A stretch of 64,000 nt of DNA, taken from contig RDEW01000003.1 of the NCBI GenBank assembly GCA_011109175.1, forward strand, positions 1,037,071 to 1,101,070. The letters are read 5' to 3'. Below the pieces are notes generated by a model that searched no databases, was not told the origin of the DNA, and saw only the letters and a program-made list of their open reading frames with translations. The translations under genes and the position numbers were made by a program. The DNA comes from Dicyema japonicum. Taxonomy: Eukaryota > Animalia > Dicyemida. Below are positions 1 through 13,059 of the stretch, piece by piece; positions within the stretch are counted from its first letter, which is position 1; the number at the start of each line of letters is the position of its first letter.

Positions 1-690
1 TTAGGGCCACTCCTCTGCATTCGTTCCGTCGATACGGAACTCAATCTCTGGTATCTCGATGACTGAACAATTGGAGGACGTGGGGAAATGTTTATGGAAA
101 TCAACATAAAGAATCGGAATTCATCAATATTTCATACTTGAAAAACGATTTATTCCGCGTGCAGAAATATTTAACAGTTTATTACCGGGCATATCCGTCG
201 TCTCCCGTGAGCAATTCTATTTTCTTGGATGCCCACTCGACAATGCATATTTACAAAAACACCTTCAGTCAAAAGCGGAAGAGCTTTCTCTCTTTACAAA
301 AGACTTGCTATTCTGGACTCCCACACATCTTTTTTTCATGAGGAGAAGTTATGTTTGCCGAAATTGGAATACCCTCTGCGGAGTTCCCCGTGCTTCGGCC
401 ATCGAGATTTGCTACTGAGCCTGGATCAGACGTTGAGGCAAAAAGTCGAGTCACTACTGAATTTACGTTTTGACGAACTGGGTTAGACACAATGCAAACT
501 TCATTCAAGTCTCGAAGGAGTTGCCTAAGATCTGCTTTCAGAGATCGCCCATCCGGCATACCTATCGTCGCTTTCAAGCTGCAGTCATCTCGGCCAGGAA
601 ATCTTACGTCACCTTACTAGACTTTCCTAGGACACAGTATTTGACGAAGCTTGCAGTGGAGGGAAGCAGTATTTTCAATCCTAGATGATG
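1..690 (-). mobile_element. Degenerate retroelement-like ORF remnant, possibly the pre-RT region of a CRE-clade element
   Basis: Intronless, relatively GC-rich, stop-riddled minus-strand frame; ASKKIELLTGDDGYA weakly resembles the pre-RT segment of CRE ORFs. No diagnostic motif. Confidence 0.3.
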
Positions 691-799
691 TCTCGAATCA
701 GAACAAATGGGACGCAATTTCCTGCAATGCTATCTATCGTTGATGTCCTATTTATTTTTTAACCCCGGACACCGAGAAAAAAGTTAAAGTAAACAACCA

Positions 800-2030
800 A
801 TTAAGTGTATCCACTTTCCACTTCTACAGAAACAGAGTCCTTCCGGAATCAGCATAAAAGAAAAAAGACGTCCATATGTGCAGTTGTGGAAACCTCTCCA
901 GTGGAGTGGGGGATAGCAAATGATCCCTTTACCTGGACAGGTGGATCACATAACGACACTCTAATACAGAGCTTTTCAAAAATAATTCTCGCGACACACT
1001 AATCGTAAAAAAAATAATCCACGGCACACATTAAAAAATAAAAAAAATTAAATTTTTAAGATGTGTAAAACTAAGTACAAAAATTGGTAATTTAATGCCC
1101 AAATTTTTATTAATAAAAAAATGAATTCTTAATTATTATTGTTTTTGCATATATCATCAATATCAGGTCGAATGGTTGACAAAGGCACTCGCATTTCAGC
1201 ACAAATCCGACGAGAAACAGTATTATCTGACAAAGGTATCTTCATTATTTTTTGTTCATATTTATGACCAAACATAGTCCGAGCAATAATACGACAAGCA
1301 GGGATTATCAAGTTTTCGCCAATAATGTGAGGTTTTAGTTGTTTTGCTATCACTTCTGAGATCAGGTATGAACATTTCAATGATTCCTTTGTGTTTAAAA
1401 AAGTTTCACTGAACATCAGATCTACGATTCATAGTAAAAACTAAATAATACTTAAGTTGTTTTTTTCAAATGGATAAAATAATCCACAGATTTTTCGGAA
1501 TAGTCCGGATGCTTGGAAGTAAAATGTCTCTTTAGTTTGCTAGGAACCATAGCATCACTTGCCAAAACTTCCATGCAAATTAGACATTGAGGTAGTTTAT
1601 TTTTATCTTTGCATATAAATCCAAATGACAAATAAGAATCTTTATAAGAACGACGAACTGATTTACCCATAAGCACGTTGATGCGCACGTTATTAAAAAA
1701 ATTAATAAATAATGGTTAACCAATGTAAATGTCATTTAATGTATAATAAAAATAATTATTTTAATTTTAGTAATTATTTTAATTCGTTTATCTTTTTAAA
1801 TTAATTAGGTCAAAAATGTATATAAATTTATTCAAATTTGTATTTGGCAGGCGGCACACTAGAAATTGTCTTGCGGCACACTTAGTGTGCCGCGGCACAC
1901 CCGTTTGACAACCTCTGCTCTAATAGAAGAGAGAGGAAAAACAGACAAACAAACATAAAACTTAAACCAATTAGCCACGCAGCACTACATGGCCCTGGGC
2001 TTACAAGCCTGGGGTTAATAATAATAATTG
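800..2030 (+). repeat. Dispersed repeat family D copy, split by the hAT insertion at 967-1917
   Basis: ccagtggagtggggg...ggatcacataacgacactctaa matches 3680-3910(-), 8760-8990(-), 52620-52780(-) and 58690-58990(+). Confidence 0.55.
967..1917 (-). mobile_element. Internally deleted hAT (Buster/Charlie group) DNA transposon
   Basis: TIRs CAGAGCTTTTCAAA / CAGAGGTTGTCAAAC; perfect 8-bp TSD CTCTAATA (959-966, 1918-1925) with central TA; subterminal GCGGCACAC motifs; ORFs 1452-1688 (BED finger PQCLIC...KLKRHFTSKH) and 1129-1416 (KPHIIGENLIIPAC...IPLSDNTVSRRI) are ZBED5/SCAND3-type transposase N-terminus. Confidence 0.93.
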
Positions 2031-2214
2031 TGATGTTTAAAAAACGTGTTAAAAAGAAGTAGAAAGATTATTCAAAAAAATCGTGCATTTAACCCCGAAT
2101 GGAGGAAAAATTTGTTTTTGAAGACAATATCAACGCACATTCCCTGATTTGTCATTTTATTATACGATGTCTTAGGTTATATAACGTCGAGAATTTTTAA
2201 ATACCCAAATGTTA

Positions 2215-2478
2215 TTCTGCGAACCCTCGAAGCTGCAGGATCCCAGCTCAACTAGAGCCTGCTGCACTAGATCGTGGAGATGGCAAGAGGTTAAACGGAA
2301 TGACGTTTTTCCCATGTTCACATGGAAAATGTATGGAACTGCGGCCTTTCTGAAAGAAATAGGAAGGAAACTAGGGAGCCGAAAAAAAGAACCTGCGAAT
2401 CGTTCTGGCTAAGGCAACAAGTCAGGATTGTCGTATTACGTGGAAACGTATACACAATCCTATCAGCAAAGGCTTAAT
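2215..2478 (+). mobile_element. CRE-clade non-LTR retrotransposon 3' end (REL endonuclease region)
   Basis: Across frameshifts: [27 protein letters not shown]...FLKEIGRKL...WLRQQVRIVVLRGNVYTILSAKA*, then A/T tail. Confidence 0.8.
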
Positions 2479-2907
2479 TATTCAAATTTTTTGTTAATAA
2501 ATTTTTTTTCCATTAAAAAAAATTAAAAGTATTTCGGACAACAAAGATTACGAATCCATAGACTTCAGTAGAATGGATGGTCATCGATACCATGGGTCCT
2601 GAAATATAAGACCAATGAAGGGTAATCGAATAAAGGAAAGGATTAATAATCATTGTGATGCAAAACTCAACCACGTGATTTAATCACGTTTTATGAAGCT
2701 ATTAGACCAATCAATGGTATTATGAAGATATTAACAATTAAATACGAAAAACCAATTTCTAGATGAAAGCAACATAGCACGTGGGTAGACAATTAATAAG
2801 TCAGACTATTAATTTACTTACTCCTAATGATTTGTTCGATATTTCATTTTTTATCATAACTTTACAAACAAAATTAAACATTAAAAAATAATCACGAAAC
2901 ATTATTC

Positions 2908-3327
2908 TCAGGACTGTTTTTTAACAGGCTTTCTGTGTGGGTGGAACACTAAGCCGTCCTAAAAGTAATAAGAAATAAAACCAAGTCGAACGAACGATTT
3001 CCTAACGGTTTTTTACCATCTACTCCATTCACATTAAAGGCTTCAATGCCCCTTTTTCCATTTCTAACTTGGAATTCAACATGTTCTCCCTTATCGAGAC
3101 TCCACGTATTATTTCCAGAAATCTGTGCTATGTTTCTCTATTATTTTCAATATAAACATTACCACATGGAAAAATATAGATTGGCCGTTATCATCCCTAT
3201 TTTAAACTTAATAAGAATACCTTTCTATGAAGCCAAAGCCTTTTTCCACATTGTACCAGCTAACGTATCCGGTAGTAGATAAAACTTGAATTTCAAACAA
3301 CACCCTACCTGATTGAGCTGACGGCAT
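2908..3327 (-). CDS. Small cold-shock-domain (Y-box/Lin28-type CSD) protein, about 110 aa, 4 introns of 23-25 nt
   Basis: Spliced product [39 protein letters not shown]...GEHVEFQVRNGKRGIEAFNVNG...; RNP1 (KGFGFI) and RNP2-like (IFFH) motifs; GT-AG introns restore the frame. Confidence 0.85.
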
Positions 3328-3679
3328 TATTTTACTTGCGCAAATACGCTATTTAATTGTAATTTTAGGTTAACCATTCTAAAATAAATTATTATATTTA
3401 TTTTTTAAAATTTATTTTAGTAAAAATTAGTAACAAATAATGCTTCAACCGGAACATTAGCATCTCCATTTCTAAGCACTTAGAAAACCATTTCGTTCGT
3501 GAGTGTATCTGAGTTGTACCACAATCACATTTCCAATATTGTTAGCGACCCCTTTACTTATTCTCCTAACAGTTTCGGTTTTAAAGGCGATTGGGCAGAA
3601 CTGGAAACGATCTCTAAAGGCTGAGTATTTCTAGTTTATCTTTTATCTTTTTTTATTTAATGTTTGGGGTTAATAATAA

Positions 3680-3910
3680 TAATGCCACGTGGTTATATTT
3701 CTCATACTTTCTTTTGTTACTTTGTTTCTTAGAGTGTCGTTATGTTATCCATCTTTGTCGGGTGGCGCCCAGTGCTATAGTAGTGCGAAAAGGAGTCGTT
3801 TGCTCTTCCTCATTCCACTGGTGGAGTTCCCGCAACTACGAGGACTAAATGTTTTCTTTCTTTCCGTTGATTCCGGGTGGACTTGTGTGACATTGGAAAA
3901 TCTCTTCTTC
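3680..3910 (-). repeat. Dispersed repeat family D copy
   Basis: Reverse complement ttccaatgtcacacaagtccacccggaatcaacg matches 58735-58770(+). Confidence 0.6.
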
Positions 3911-3929
3911 TATAACAATAGGAACTTTA

Positions 3930-4850
3930 TTTTGCCATAAAGAAATAAGATTGTTGTTGTTCCTTTAGTCGTGAAGAGACAAAACTTTCAACATTGGACC
4001 ATTATCCCGGAACAATCTCTTCCGCCAAATTTACAGACAGTCCAGTATTTTTCAAATATGAACCCCTAGAAGACACTAAGGTCGTCTATTGAGAAATAAA
4101 TGAACATTTCTTTATACGAAATTTGTTGGACCCATTTCAAACGTTTCTCCATTTTTGAAGGATCGTTATCTACTCGCCTAACAAACCAAAATTCCTTGCT
4201 TTCCTTTCTTTGGTCAACGTTGTTAGCGACCTCACTCGCCAGATCCTAAACTACTCGAGCAAGCGAGCAAGCTGACCCGCAAGCCTGCCTTGCTTGAGAA
4301 ATTTGGCCACATCTAAAATTTTGGCCTCAAAAAATTCAGAGAAACAGTATGACTGGGACGATTTATCGAGGAGATCTAAGCATAATCAGATCAACTGTGG
4401 CAGATATTCCTATCCTCCGCATTTACAAGTGAGAGCGGTGCGCATCTCAGGGATCTTTTTCGTGTATCACTTAAAACAATTTTGGACACTGACTCAACGG
4501 GAATTGGAATCTGTCTCCGACTTGGGCTCAATGTTTGCTACTAAATTTTTATTTTCTCACAATTAGCATGATAAACTTTTCTAAAATTTTTTACTTGCCA
4601 TAAAGCACCAGAACTTGACGTTAAATTAGAGGATCTTTAGGAACGACCTGTCTTGCTAGCGCTCTTCCCAAGGGTCATCAGCTTCCTACATGCTAGCGAG
4701 TATGGCTTGACAGTTTAATTTCAATCGCTATCTTTTGATCTTTTATTATTTTAAAATGAAAATGGCTGGCCAGCCTCCGGAAAAAATCTCACTTTCACCA
4801 AGAAGTGGTAGATACGGTTAGCCGTGATGCTTAAAAGGGATGCGACTCAG
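3930..4850 (-). CDS. Possible unidentified spliced gene, head-to-head with COG5
   Basis: Coding-like segments (LDLLDKSSQSYCFSEFFEAKILDVAKFLKQGRLAGQLARLLE; RVDNDPSKMEKRLKWVQQISYKE) separated by short GT..AG candidates; no family recognised and no full model built. Confidence 0.3.
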
Positions 4851-4943
4851 AAGGGATCGCTTATTATAAAAAATTAAAATAATTTTTAAATTATGATTAA
4901 AATATTTTATTAAATTGAAAATTATTTAAATTTTAATTTATTG

Positions 4944-7903
4944 ATGATTACAACCAATGATGTGAGTGATTCACGTATTAGAATAATTTAAATTTTGTAG
5001 AAATATTAAATGATTTCAACAATGAAAGCTTTAGCGATAAAGATTTTATACAAGAAGCCATAAATTCTGGAAGAATCTCTCTGTATCTGTCAGATCTTGC
5101 AACGGCAATAAACATAATTGATATGAAAATATTCAAGAAAGTTTTTCTGACCTGTATAATTCAAAATTAGGTCTCACAACATGACAGTGAGCTAATCCCA
5201 CAGATACTAAAAATCGACTCACTAGAAGGTAAATCTTAAATATTTATTTAATTTTAAATAAATATTTTTCTAATAAAAATAATTTATTTTAGAAAAAATC
5301 AATAATCTGAAGGATCATACTGATTCAGTCCACTCTTCATTTCAATTGTTTAATTTTTATTTTTATATCGTTTAGGACTCCAACAAACCAATGACTTTTA
5401 TTTTGAATTAAATCGTCTCAATAATGCACTAACAAAAATGCATGTTTTATATTTCATTAATTTCCAGCAATTTAAGAAAGTTTTAACGAGGATTTTCCTA
5501 ATCGTCAAGAAAATTGCGACTCTTGAAAGCTTGATTAGAGCCCGGAGTCTGCTGATTCAAATAATTTGATATTCGCTTCAAATAGCTTATCTCAGATTGG
5601 TTGATTGATCTTATATTTGAGATTTATTACTTGATGACAAAGTTCTTCAAAATATCGACGTGGTTGGTATTTTAAGGATTCAAGCTATCCGCCAACGAGA
5701 TTTGGTGATCAAAACTGCCATAGATTTCATTCACGGAGGCGTTAATGAATACGTTTGCCTTGGGCGTAAAATAAATTAGGACACCTCATCAGTGTCACGT
5801 GGGTTAAAAATTTTGTCAACAAACATCTCTTGTCCTTTGTTTGAGCTAATTGACAGTACTTTTCAGACATTCTCCCAAAAATCAAACTGATTTCGGAAAA
5901 GCAGGGAAAACGTGAGTTTTTGGTTTTTGAGCTTAGAAACGAGGACTAACCTTGATAAAGAGTTTTTGCTAAAACTCGAAAAATTGTTCGATGAGGGACT
6001 AAAAGAATGGAAGAAGGTGATTCTGGGGGTCATTGTAGGTCGATTTCCTTGAAAGGTGCTTAATCCTTTACTTTGAGGACATTCAGAATGACAATAAATT
6101 ATTTGCTCAAGTAATCTGCCTCAGCACCTTAGATTGTGGATAACGTCCAGCCGGACATTTTCTGCTTAAAGAATCAGTTCATAATTGTTCTAACCGACGC
6201 CATTTCTGACTTACTAAGAGTTTTTCTTAAAGGCAATTTTTTTCATAAACTCGGTAGATGATCCCCTTCTCAAAGAATTGCTCGAAATCCAGTATATATC
6301 CCTCCACCAATGTGTATATCAGTTCATTCACTCCATAAAAGCTTATATGGAGTCTCACTGCTCATTAAAATTAACTAAAACTGAAAATATTGGATATTCC
6401 TTCATTATAACCGGAAGTGGGATTAAACAAGCTTTCTGTCTTTCCATGTGAATTTTTTTTTATTTCAAGGCTTGAGGATCCGCTAATAACAGCCTTAGCA
6501 ACATTAGGAAGGCTTTCTTGCTCAGAAGATATAATAACATCAACAAGTCAGTCAACCGCTTGTTTAGCGATATTCGATCTACCTCATCCCTAAAACCCGA
6601 GGATGTCTATTTTATTGTGGAAGAATTCAAAAAGTTGGTTTACCTTAACTTTGCCGCCAATTTCAATTTTAACGACGCGTTTTAGGCAGTTTGAGTCCTG
6701 CCGAGAAACTGCTCATGGATTCAACAGACTCTTAGAACTAATCTCGCAGAACGTTGTGGCGAAAAACCTCGGTTATGTGATCTCAAAGGTTAAGAGGATG
6801 GTTTATATGGTCATTTCATATTCAAGCTTGTCTTCGACTTTGGAATTGTCGACTCGTCGCTAACAACCACACTTCAAAGTCAGAATGCCGCCTTGATGAA
6901 CACCGTGATTCTCTTATATGCAAACATTGACGACGTTCTCTTTCTAAATATTTGTAGGTAATCCGTAACTTCGACAGCTCTGCTGAAATCAATCACGTGG
7001 TATCAGTGAATAAGGTACCTTGCTCAATTTTAGCTGATGAGGAACTCTTTGACTTTATAGACGGAGCTGTTGACCACATAGTATCCAATATTACTCATAA
7101 AGTGAGTGAAATTGTAAGCACTATGGATTCACAAAACTATAATGAGTATCAGTCTGTCTATTAGGCAATTTAGGCCTTTTGTGAGAACACGTGGGTCTGG
7201 AAAATCTGAATTTATCAAAGAATTGGAAAATTTTCATTGAAAATTGCACCATAAATATCCTCTCGTTTTTCCGATTTGATCTTCTTGTGACCGAAAGGCA
7301 TACTATTTTGTCATAAATAGATTTGATTCGATATTCTCGTCCATCTTAAATTCCGTTGTCTGGAGAATTAGCACGTGCAGTAGACCTATAACAGTCGCCG
7401 GTCTTCAGAAAATGCGGAATGATCTTTCACGAATTCAAATAATTTTCGATCGTCTTTCTGAGCATTTTCACAAGGTTTCCAGGGAATTTCTTGAATTGCG
7501 AATTTTTCAGTTATTTGTGGATTTTTGACTTTAGATCTGTGTTGGATCATATTATTGATGGAGAAGATATTGAAATTACTTGGAATCAGTTGGAGACGGA
7601 TACCATTCGATTCACGTGCTTTATTATGGTTTTTGGTCCCAAAGAGATGTTATCTCCGTTTCAGGTTATTTGTCGTTCCATTTGCGCAGATCTCTAACCT
7701 ATCGGCTGACGAATATCTAAGTTTGGTTCAGAATGACTCAGATAAGAAAAGCACTTTTGATTTGATAAAGTACTTGTATTATTTATCCAAGAAAATCTAT
7801 TCAAAATTATGTTCGCCACGTGCAAGTGAATAACCTTAAGGAGTTTCATCCTATTTATTCCTTAGTTAGTGGTTTGTTTGCACATTCAGCCTTTATTAGT
7901 TAA
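4944..7903 (+). CDS. COG5: Conserved oligomeric Golgi complex subunit 5, many short introns
   Basis: Peptides align in order with animal COG5: VSQHDSELIPQILKIDSLE, SNNLIFASNSLSQIDLL, NINKSVNRLFS, KSEFIKELENF, FGPKEMLSPFQ, C-terminus KSIQNYVRHVQVNNLKEFHPIYSLV...*. First intron 4975-5000 (26 nt). One apparent 1-nt deletion near 5541. Confidence 0.88.
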
Positions 7904-8049
7904 TAAAATCTAATAGCTTCCTCGTTACTCCACGTGGCTGACTCAGCCACATTAGGTCATAGAGATCCAAATCAAGCCATTGGCCATTCGACGCTTGTTT
8001 ATTTTAAAACTTATAGTTTTTTTTTTTAACAAAAACAACTTATTACGTA

Positions 8050-8225
8050 ACAAAATATCCAGCTGAGAGGATGGAATGGCTGTTTTTCTTGACAACTACC
8101 AGAGAAATCCTATGGAACAGTCATTCGGTTTCCAGACGCTCATTACTCACTTTCGACATCATTGATCCAAGCGATCTTAGAAAAGAGACCATCTTGGGCC
8201 CGAAGACTCAGCTCGTTTCGACGAC
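8050..8225 (-). mobile_element. CRE-clade retrotransposon 3' end
   Basis: VVETS.VFGPKMVSFLRSLG...LFHRISLVVVKKNSHSILSAGY, then A-rich tail. Confidence 0.7.
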
Positions 8226-8394
8226 ATAGAATCTGGTGGAGAAGTTGTCGTATTTTCTTATTTTGAAATTCTTGAAAGTCGGCTTTATTATTTTTACGGT
8301 AAACAAAATTTGACAAAAATTGCTGTTTTTGAAAATCTCATGCAAGAATTTTGCTGTAATAATAACAACACCAGAGACCACGGTTACATAAACT

Positions 8395-8600
8395 AACTAA
8401 TCACGTGATCCAGCACGCTCTAGCAGAAACCTCAAATTGGCCCGATGCTCCTCCCTCGACTCCACACAATCGCCCGAATGTCTGGATCTTTGCAGTCACG
8501 ACGGCGCGTTCCACAGTCATGCGTATATCATGGATTCAGAGGCATTGGAGGCTGGAACTCTCCAGAAATCCACGTTCCGTTTGGGCTGATTATTAGGTGA
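8395..8600 (-). mobile_element. LINE 3' end (I/Jockey-like family shared with 31740-31872 and 47570-48720)
   Basis: C-terminus EEHRANLRFLLERAGSRD* resembles EHREKMRRLLREAGIT*; (TTAG)n tail. Confidence 0.5.
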
Positions 8601-8759
8601 ATACTCTCTGTAGTTGAGTAAATTTGTAAAAAAATACTTTTTGAAAATATATTTTTATTTTTAACCACACCCATAAGTAAATTATTTTGATTGATTTCAA
8701 ACGAGTAGCGCTACTGCAAATACTTCCAATTCTTCCATGAACTTTAGGGGAACCGGAGA

Positions 8760-8990
8760 TTTCTACCTTAAGGACGTAGGGATCGACTTGATGGCTAGGA
8801 TATCCATTCTAACAATAACCATGGATTCGATCTCATCACTTGCTTCTTGGTCAGATTTTTTGTCCCCTTCTGCTCCTTCTTTTCTTTCATCTACTGGACT
8901 GGCGACATGTGATCCACCTGTATCAGGTAATGCTACAAGGATCATTTGTTGTCTCCGTTGAGTTTCCAGTGGCGAATATAGATGGCTGTG
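8760..8990 (-). repeat. Dispersed repeat family D copy
   Basis: atgtgatccacctgtatcaggt matches 52628 and 3752. Confidence 0.5.
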
Positions 8991-9284
8991 ATGTTTGGAA
9001 AGGATTCGTTCAGATTCCTAGATAAACCCGTTACAGGTTTCCGTGGGTATTAAAATAGCTTATATGATTCTATTTTTGTGGCTGATAATAATTTATGGAA
9101 ATTGAAAAAGATTGCGTCACTTCACAATACGATTATCCGAACATTATATTTTATTTACTTTCATTTCAATCTTCCAAAAACCTTAGAAAAACATTTTCAG
9201 TTATTGCTTCAAGATGACTGGGTTAAAAGAAAAAAGTAATGTCCTCAGCTAACTATAATATTTGAAGTCATAAAGAGCGCATCT

Positions 9285-9360
9285 CGATAGTATCAGAGGA
9301 AGTAGTCTGGCGATTCAAGCACCCTGTATTAAGTGCCCTTTTAACTGTTCAAATTTAATA
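9285..9360 (+). mobile_element. CRE-clade retrotransposon extreme 3' end
   Basis: gagcgcatctcgatag...ggcgattcaagcacc is similar to the reverse complement of 24046-24110 (RISIAI..GN motif). Confidence 0.55.
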
Positions 9361-9371
9361 ATAATAATAAA

Positions 9372-9580
9372 GCCTTTTCACGAGAGCCATAGTATCTATA
9401 GCTCCGCATAGGCAGGACACACACTTTATTTAAGTAAAGAACAGTTAATTTTAACTAATCGTAGAACCAAGGAATGATCTTCACTTTTTTTCTTGTGTGA
9501 GTGTCCTTTCTAGACAATCCAGTTCCGCAGTGAGTATCCACTGATGACGGCGTCACTCGTCAAACCCTTTTGGCATTGTA
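9372..9580 (-). mobile_element. SINE-like family G copy, 5'-truncated
   Basis: gccttttcacgagagcc...cactgatgacggcgtcactcgtcaaac is shared with at least 5 other copies; (TAA)n at the boundary. Confidence 0.75.
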
Positions 9581-9649
9581 TTATAAACCAAATTTAATAA
9601 ACCAAATTAATTTTTTTTAAATAAAATAATTTTTTAACAAAAAAAACAA

Positions 9650-9750
9650 ATATCAGTTGAGGAAGCCGGCTGCGTGCATTGCGAACGAGTTCCCTCGGAG
9701 TATGGCCATTCCAATCTTTTGTCTCAGCCCGGAGTACGGCCATTCAAAAT
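9650..9750 (-). mobile_element. CRE-clade retrotransposon extreme 3' end
   Basis: WLRQKIGMAILRGNSFAMHAAGFLN*; very similar to 26570-26645. Confidence 0.75.
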
Positions 9751-10261
9751 TATTAGTCACAAAATAAATTTAATTTTAAAATCCAAATAAAGTCGATCAT
9801 AAATTTCTCTGCGACAAAAAATATTTAAAATTTATAGAAAAATCACGAAAAGATTGAGGATTACAAAAATCCTCAATTCTTAGGATTTTAAGTTTCACGA
9901 ATATGCCTTCAATTTTAACTTGAGTAGAAATACAACAATTCTTGATAAGCTAATATCACCGCACTTTTCACATTTCTCTAAATCGTCATTAATAATTTAT
10001 TTTTTTGGAATTTTCCATTCCACGAAATAATTTGGAATTGTAAAAAATGAAATCAAAACCGCACAATAGGTTTTGTCTAAACCACATTTAATCTTTTTTT
10101 GCTAAAGAATTTTTTTTCGGCGACGGACAATTACGAGATCAGTCAAATTAAATTTTAATAAAAATGTCGATTTCAAATTGTCTCAAAGCTACTAATAATG
10201 TAGAACCACAAAATTAAAATTTTCTAAAAAATCCTTGCTGCTTAGTATTTCTTAATCTCCT

Positions 10262-10495
10262 TCGACCTGTTAGCTAGTGGTTGAGCTGATGACGTAGCTC
10301 TGGTGCACTATGGCGCAACTATAGTACACTAGGTGGATGTAACCTCTCATTCTCATCTCCAAATATAGATTTATCATCTCGACTCCCTTCTGGGACTTAG
10401 CAGATTTGACAACTTACTGAAATAAGGAAGCGTTGGATGCCCTAATACCTCGGTTCGGATCCCATCAAGCCCAAATTGAAGGAACCTTGAAAAGT
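10262..10495 (+). ncRNA. tRNA-mimic repeat family F (A-box 5' half, long insert, B-box/T-arm 3' half)
   Basis: tagctagtggttgag...gatgacgtagctctggtgcac at the 5' end and ggttcggatcccatcaagccca at the 3' end; homologous to six other copies. Confidence 0.55.
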
Positions 10496-11046
10496 TAACC
10501 TTGAAGGGGAAACGAGGGGAACAATTATTGACACCCCAACGAAATTAAAAGTTTTTAACCAAAAATATATAACTTTTATCTCAAAACTGTTTAAAATTGC
10601 TGTAAAAATATTTTCAACGTGCGTGCTCTACTTTTCTAGTGTCACTCAAAAATGACATGAAATGACTTGACCTCATAAACTGGAAGATCTGCCATCAAAT
10701 CCATTTTAAGCGACAAATAAAAAATACCAACCAATTCGATATTCCGAGACAATTATATACTACGTCATCAGTCAAGATAAGACGAAGATATCGAGATCCG
10801 TTAAATCACGTGTTATGATCCCAAATCACGACTTTAAGGTGAATATTATATTTTTAAGGGAGTCGTTACACGAATCTGTCGACAAGTCCACTAAACTTAA
10901 CAAAACTCGATAAATGTCCACTTAACAGATAATCGCTTGTTACTTTCAACCGATTTTATAAAATTGATTAGAAAACCTCAACATGAGTGAGTTTTCGTTA
11001 ATCACGTGTAAATCAATATAAATTCAAATTACAGCGAAACATTAGA

Positions 11047-12863
11047 ATGTCGGCTGCGCAGAGAGAAGAGATTGAGACATCCAGTAAATTTGAGGAATTC
11101 GAGGTTAGTAGGTTGAACGGTTAGAAGGGGTTTATGTAAAATAGCCAGAATTAACAAAGTTAAAGACTGTTTCAATCTTACCCTGAGGATACTACTCCTC
11201 ATTGGAGTTTTATATGCTTTCATTCTCTCCTTGGGATTTATGACCACTTCATTCAAATTGATCGGGGGTATCTCGTATTTTTACTAAAAGGATCTGCTGC
11301 TGGTAAAACGCTCAGCAAGAGTTCGTTAATATCAAATCCGATCGCTGGCCTTATTATTGGAATGCTCGTTACTGTGCTTGTCCAGAGTTCTTCAACCACC
11401 ACGTCGATTGTAGTCACCATGGTGGGGACAAAAAGTTAATATTTCTATTTTTAATGTTTAGTATTGTCAGTTTCACATGCTATCCCTTTGGTAATGGGAG
11501 CCAACATTGGAACTTCGGTTACTAATGTTCTCGTTTCTTTCGGACAAATCCAAAACAGCAATCAATTCGGGAAATCGTTTTCTGGAGCCACAATTCACGA
11601 TGTGTTTAATTTTTTGAGCGTATTCGTATTCCTGCCGATTGAAGTGATCACATGTATTCCGTAATTTAAGATCTATAGTGCATTCTGCAGGAGTCGGGTA
11701 TATTGAGTTTCTTGCGCGAAAACCGCGTCTCATCTAAGCCAGTATAATAGTTCTCCTTCGAGTGGCATCGGCGTAATCGATTTAATATTCAAGCCAGTCG
11801 AAGATTTAGTCATTCAGGTTGGACAATGCCATAATTTTTACTGTAGTTGAACAAGAGTAAGGTCATCAACCAAATGGCAGGTGGTGGGGTCAATTCTACC
11901 AGTATACTTAACTATAATTGCAAGATTTTCAATTCCACCGAAAAATATCCATGTAAAACAGTGAATAATGGTTTAGGTGGATATTTGTTCGCTTATGCGT
12001 ACAAGTGGCCAGATCACAGCATAGGAATAGTTTTGCTTACTGTCTCCGTATTAATGCTCACTTTCTGCATCATAGGAATGGTCAAAATCCTCTACTCCCT
12101 TGTACAAAAATATGTGAACGATGCGATAACAAAAGTAAAAATAATCCAATAATCACTTTTTTAGTTCATAAATGCTGATTTGCCCGGATTTTTGAAGTAT
12201 TTCACTGGGTATCTTGCAATTTTGGTTGCGACCCTATGCACTTTCATTTTACAGAGCAGTTCTGTATTCACCTCAATGCTAACACCGTTGGTCGGACTCG
12301 GACTTATTACTCTCGAAAGAGCATTTCCTTTAACTTTGGGAGCAAATCTCGGAACCACAATCACCGCGATAATGGCCGCCTTGACTGTGGAGGGAAAGAC
12401 GAAGATGTATGCAATGGAAATCGCATTGGTCCACCTTTATTTCAACTTGAATGGAGTATTGTTGTGGTATCCAATACCAGTAATGAGAAAAGTATTAATA
12501 ATTACTGATTTTTAGATTCCCTTAAAATTTGCAGTATTTCTGGGGGACACTACTACGAAGTATAACTGGTTCGGTGTTATATACATCGTGGCTGTCTTCT
12601 TTATATTTCCCGGAGTTTTATTCGGCCTTTCCCTGCTTGGATGGAACGTAGTGTTGGGAGTGATTATCTTTATATTTTTATTAATCCTCATTATTTCGAC
12701 GATTAATGTGTCGCAGAAAAAAATTCCGCAGTACCTTCCTCCTGTTTTACAAAATTGGGAGTTCCTGCCTGTTTGTTTGAGATCTCTGGAACCTTACGAC
12801 AAGGCTATTGGTAAATTACGACTACTTTTCAGACCAAAAAATTACAATTCTGTAATCTTATAG
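11047..12863 (+). CDS. SLC34A: Type II sodium-phosphate cotransporter (SLC34/NaPi-II), introns mostly 23-37 nt
   Basis: Repeated signatures NPIAGLIIGMLVTVLVQSSSTTTSIVV / LVMGANIGTSVTN and FILQSSSVFTSMLTPLVG / LTLGANLGTTITA; FFNFL-like VFNFLSV; ALVHLYFNLNG. One apparent 1-nt deletion at 11719-11722. Confidence 0.95.
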
Positions 12864-13059
12864 ATATGCCGATAATTTATCTTTAATCAACTTTTTTATT
12901 TGATTAATAAAAAATTTGAAAATATTTAAAATAATCGAATTTTTTCCAAAGAAAGATTGTCTGAAACAAATTCTACTCAAATTTATAGCGATAATAGGCG
13001 ATTGACCACATTTACTAATTTTTCAAATTAATCTATCATTTTATCCCCCGAGATCATAG

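Noticed and set aside
11029-11733. Minus-strand ORFs overlapping SLC34 (and similar antisense ORFs over SFMBT, WDR34, HDGF-like and TRPM)
   Set aside because: Shadow ORFs of the real genes on the opposite strand.
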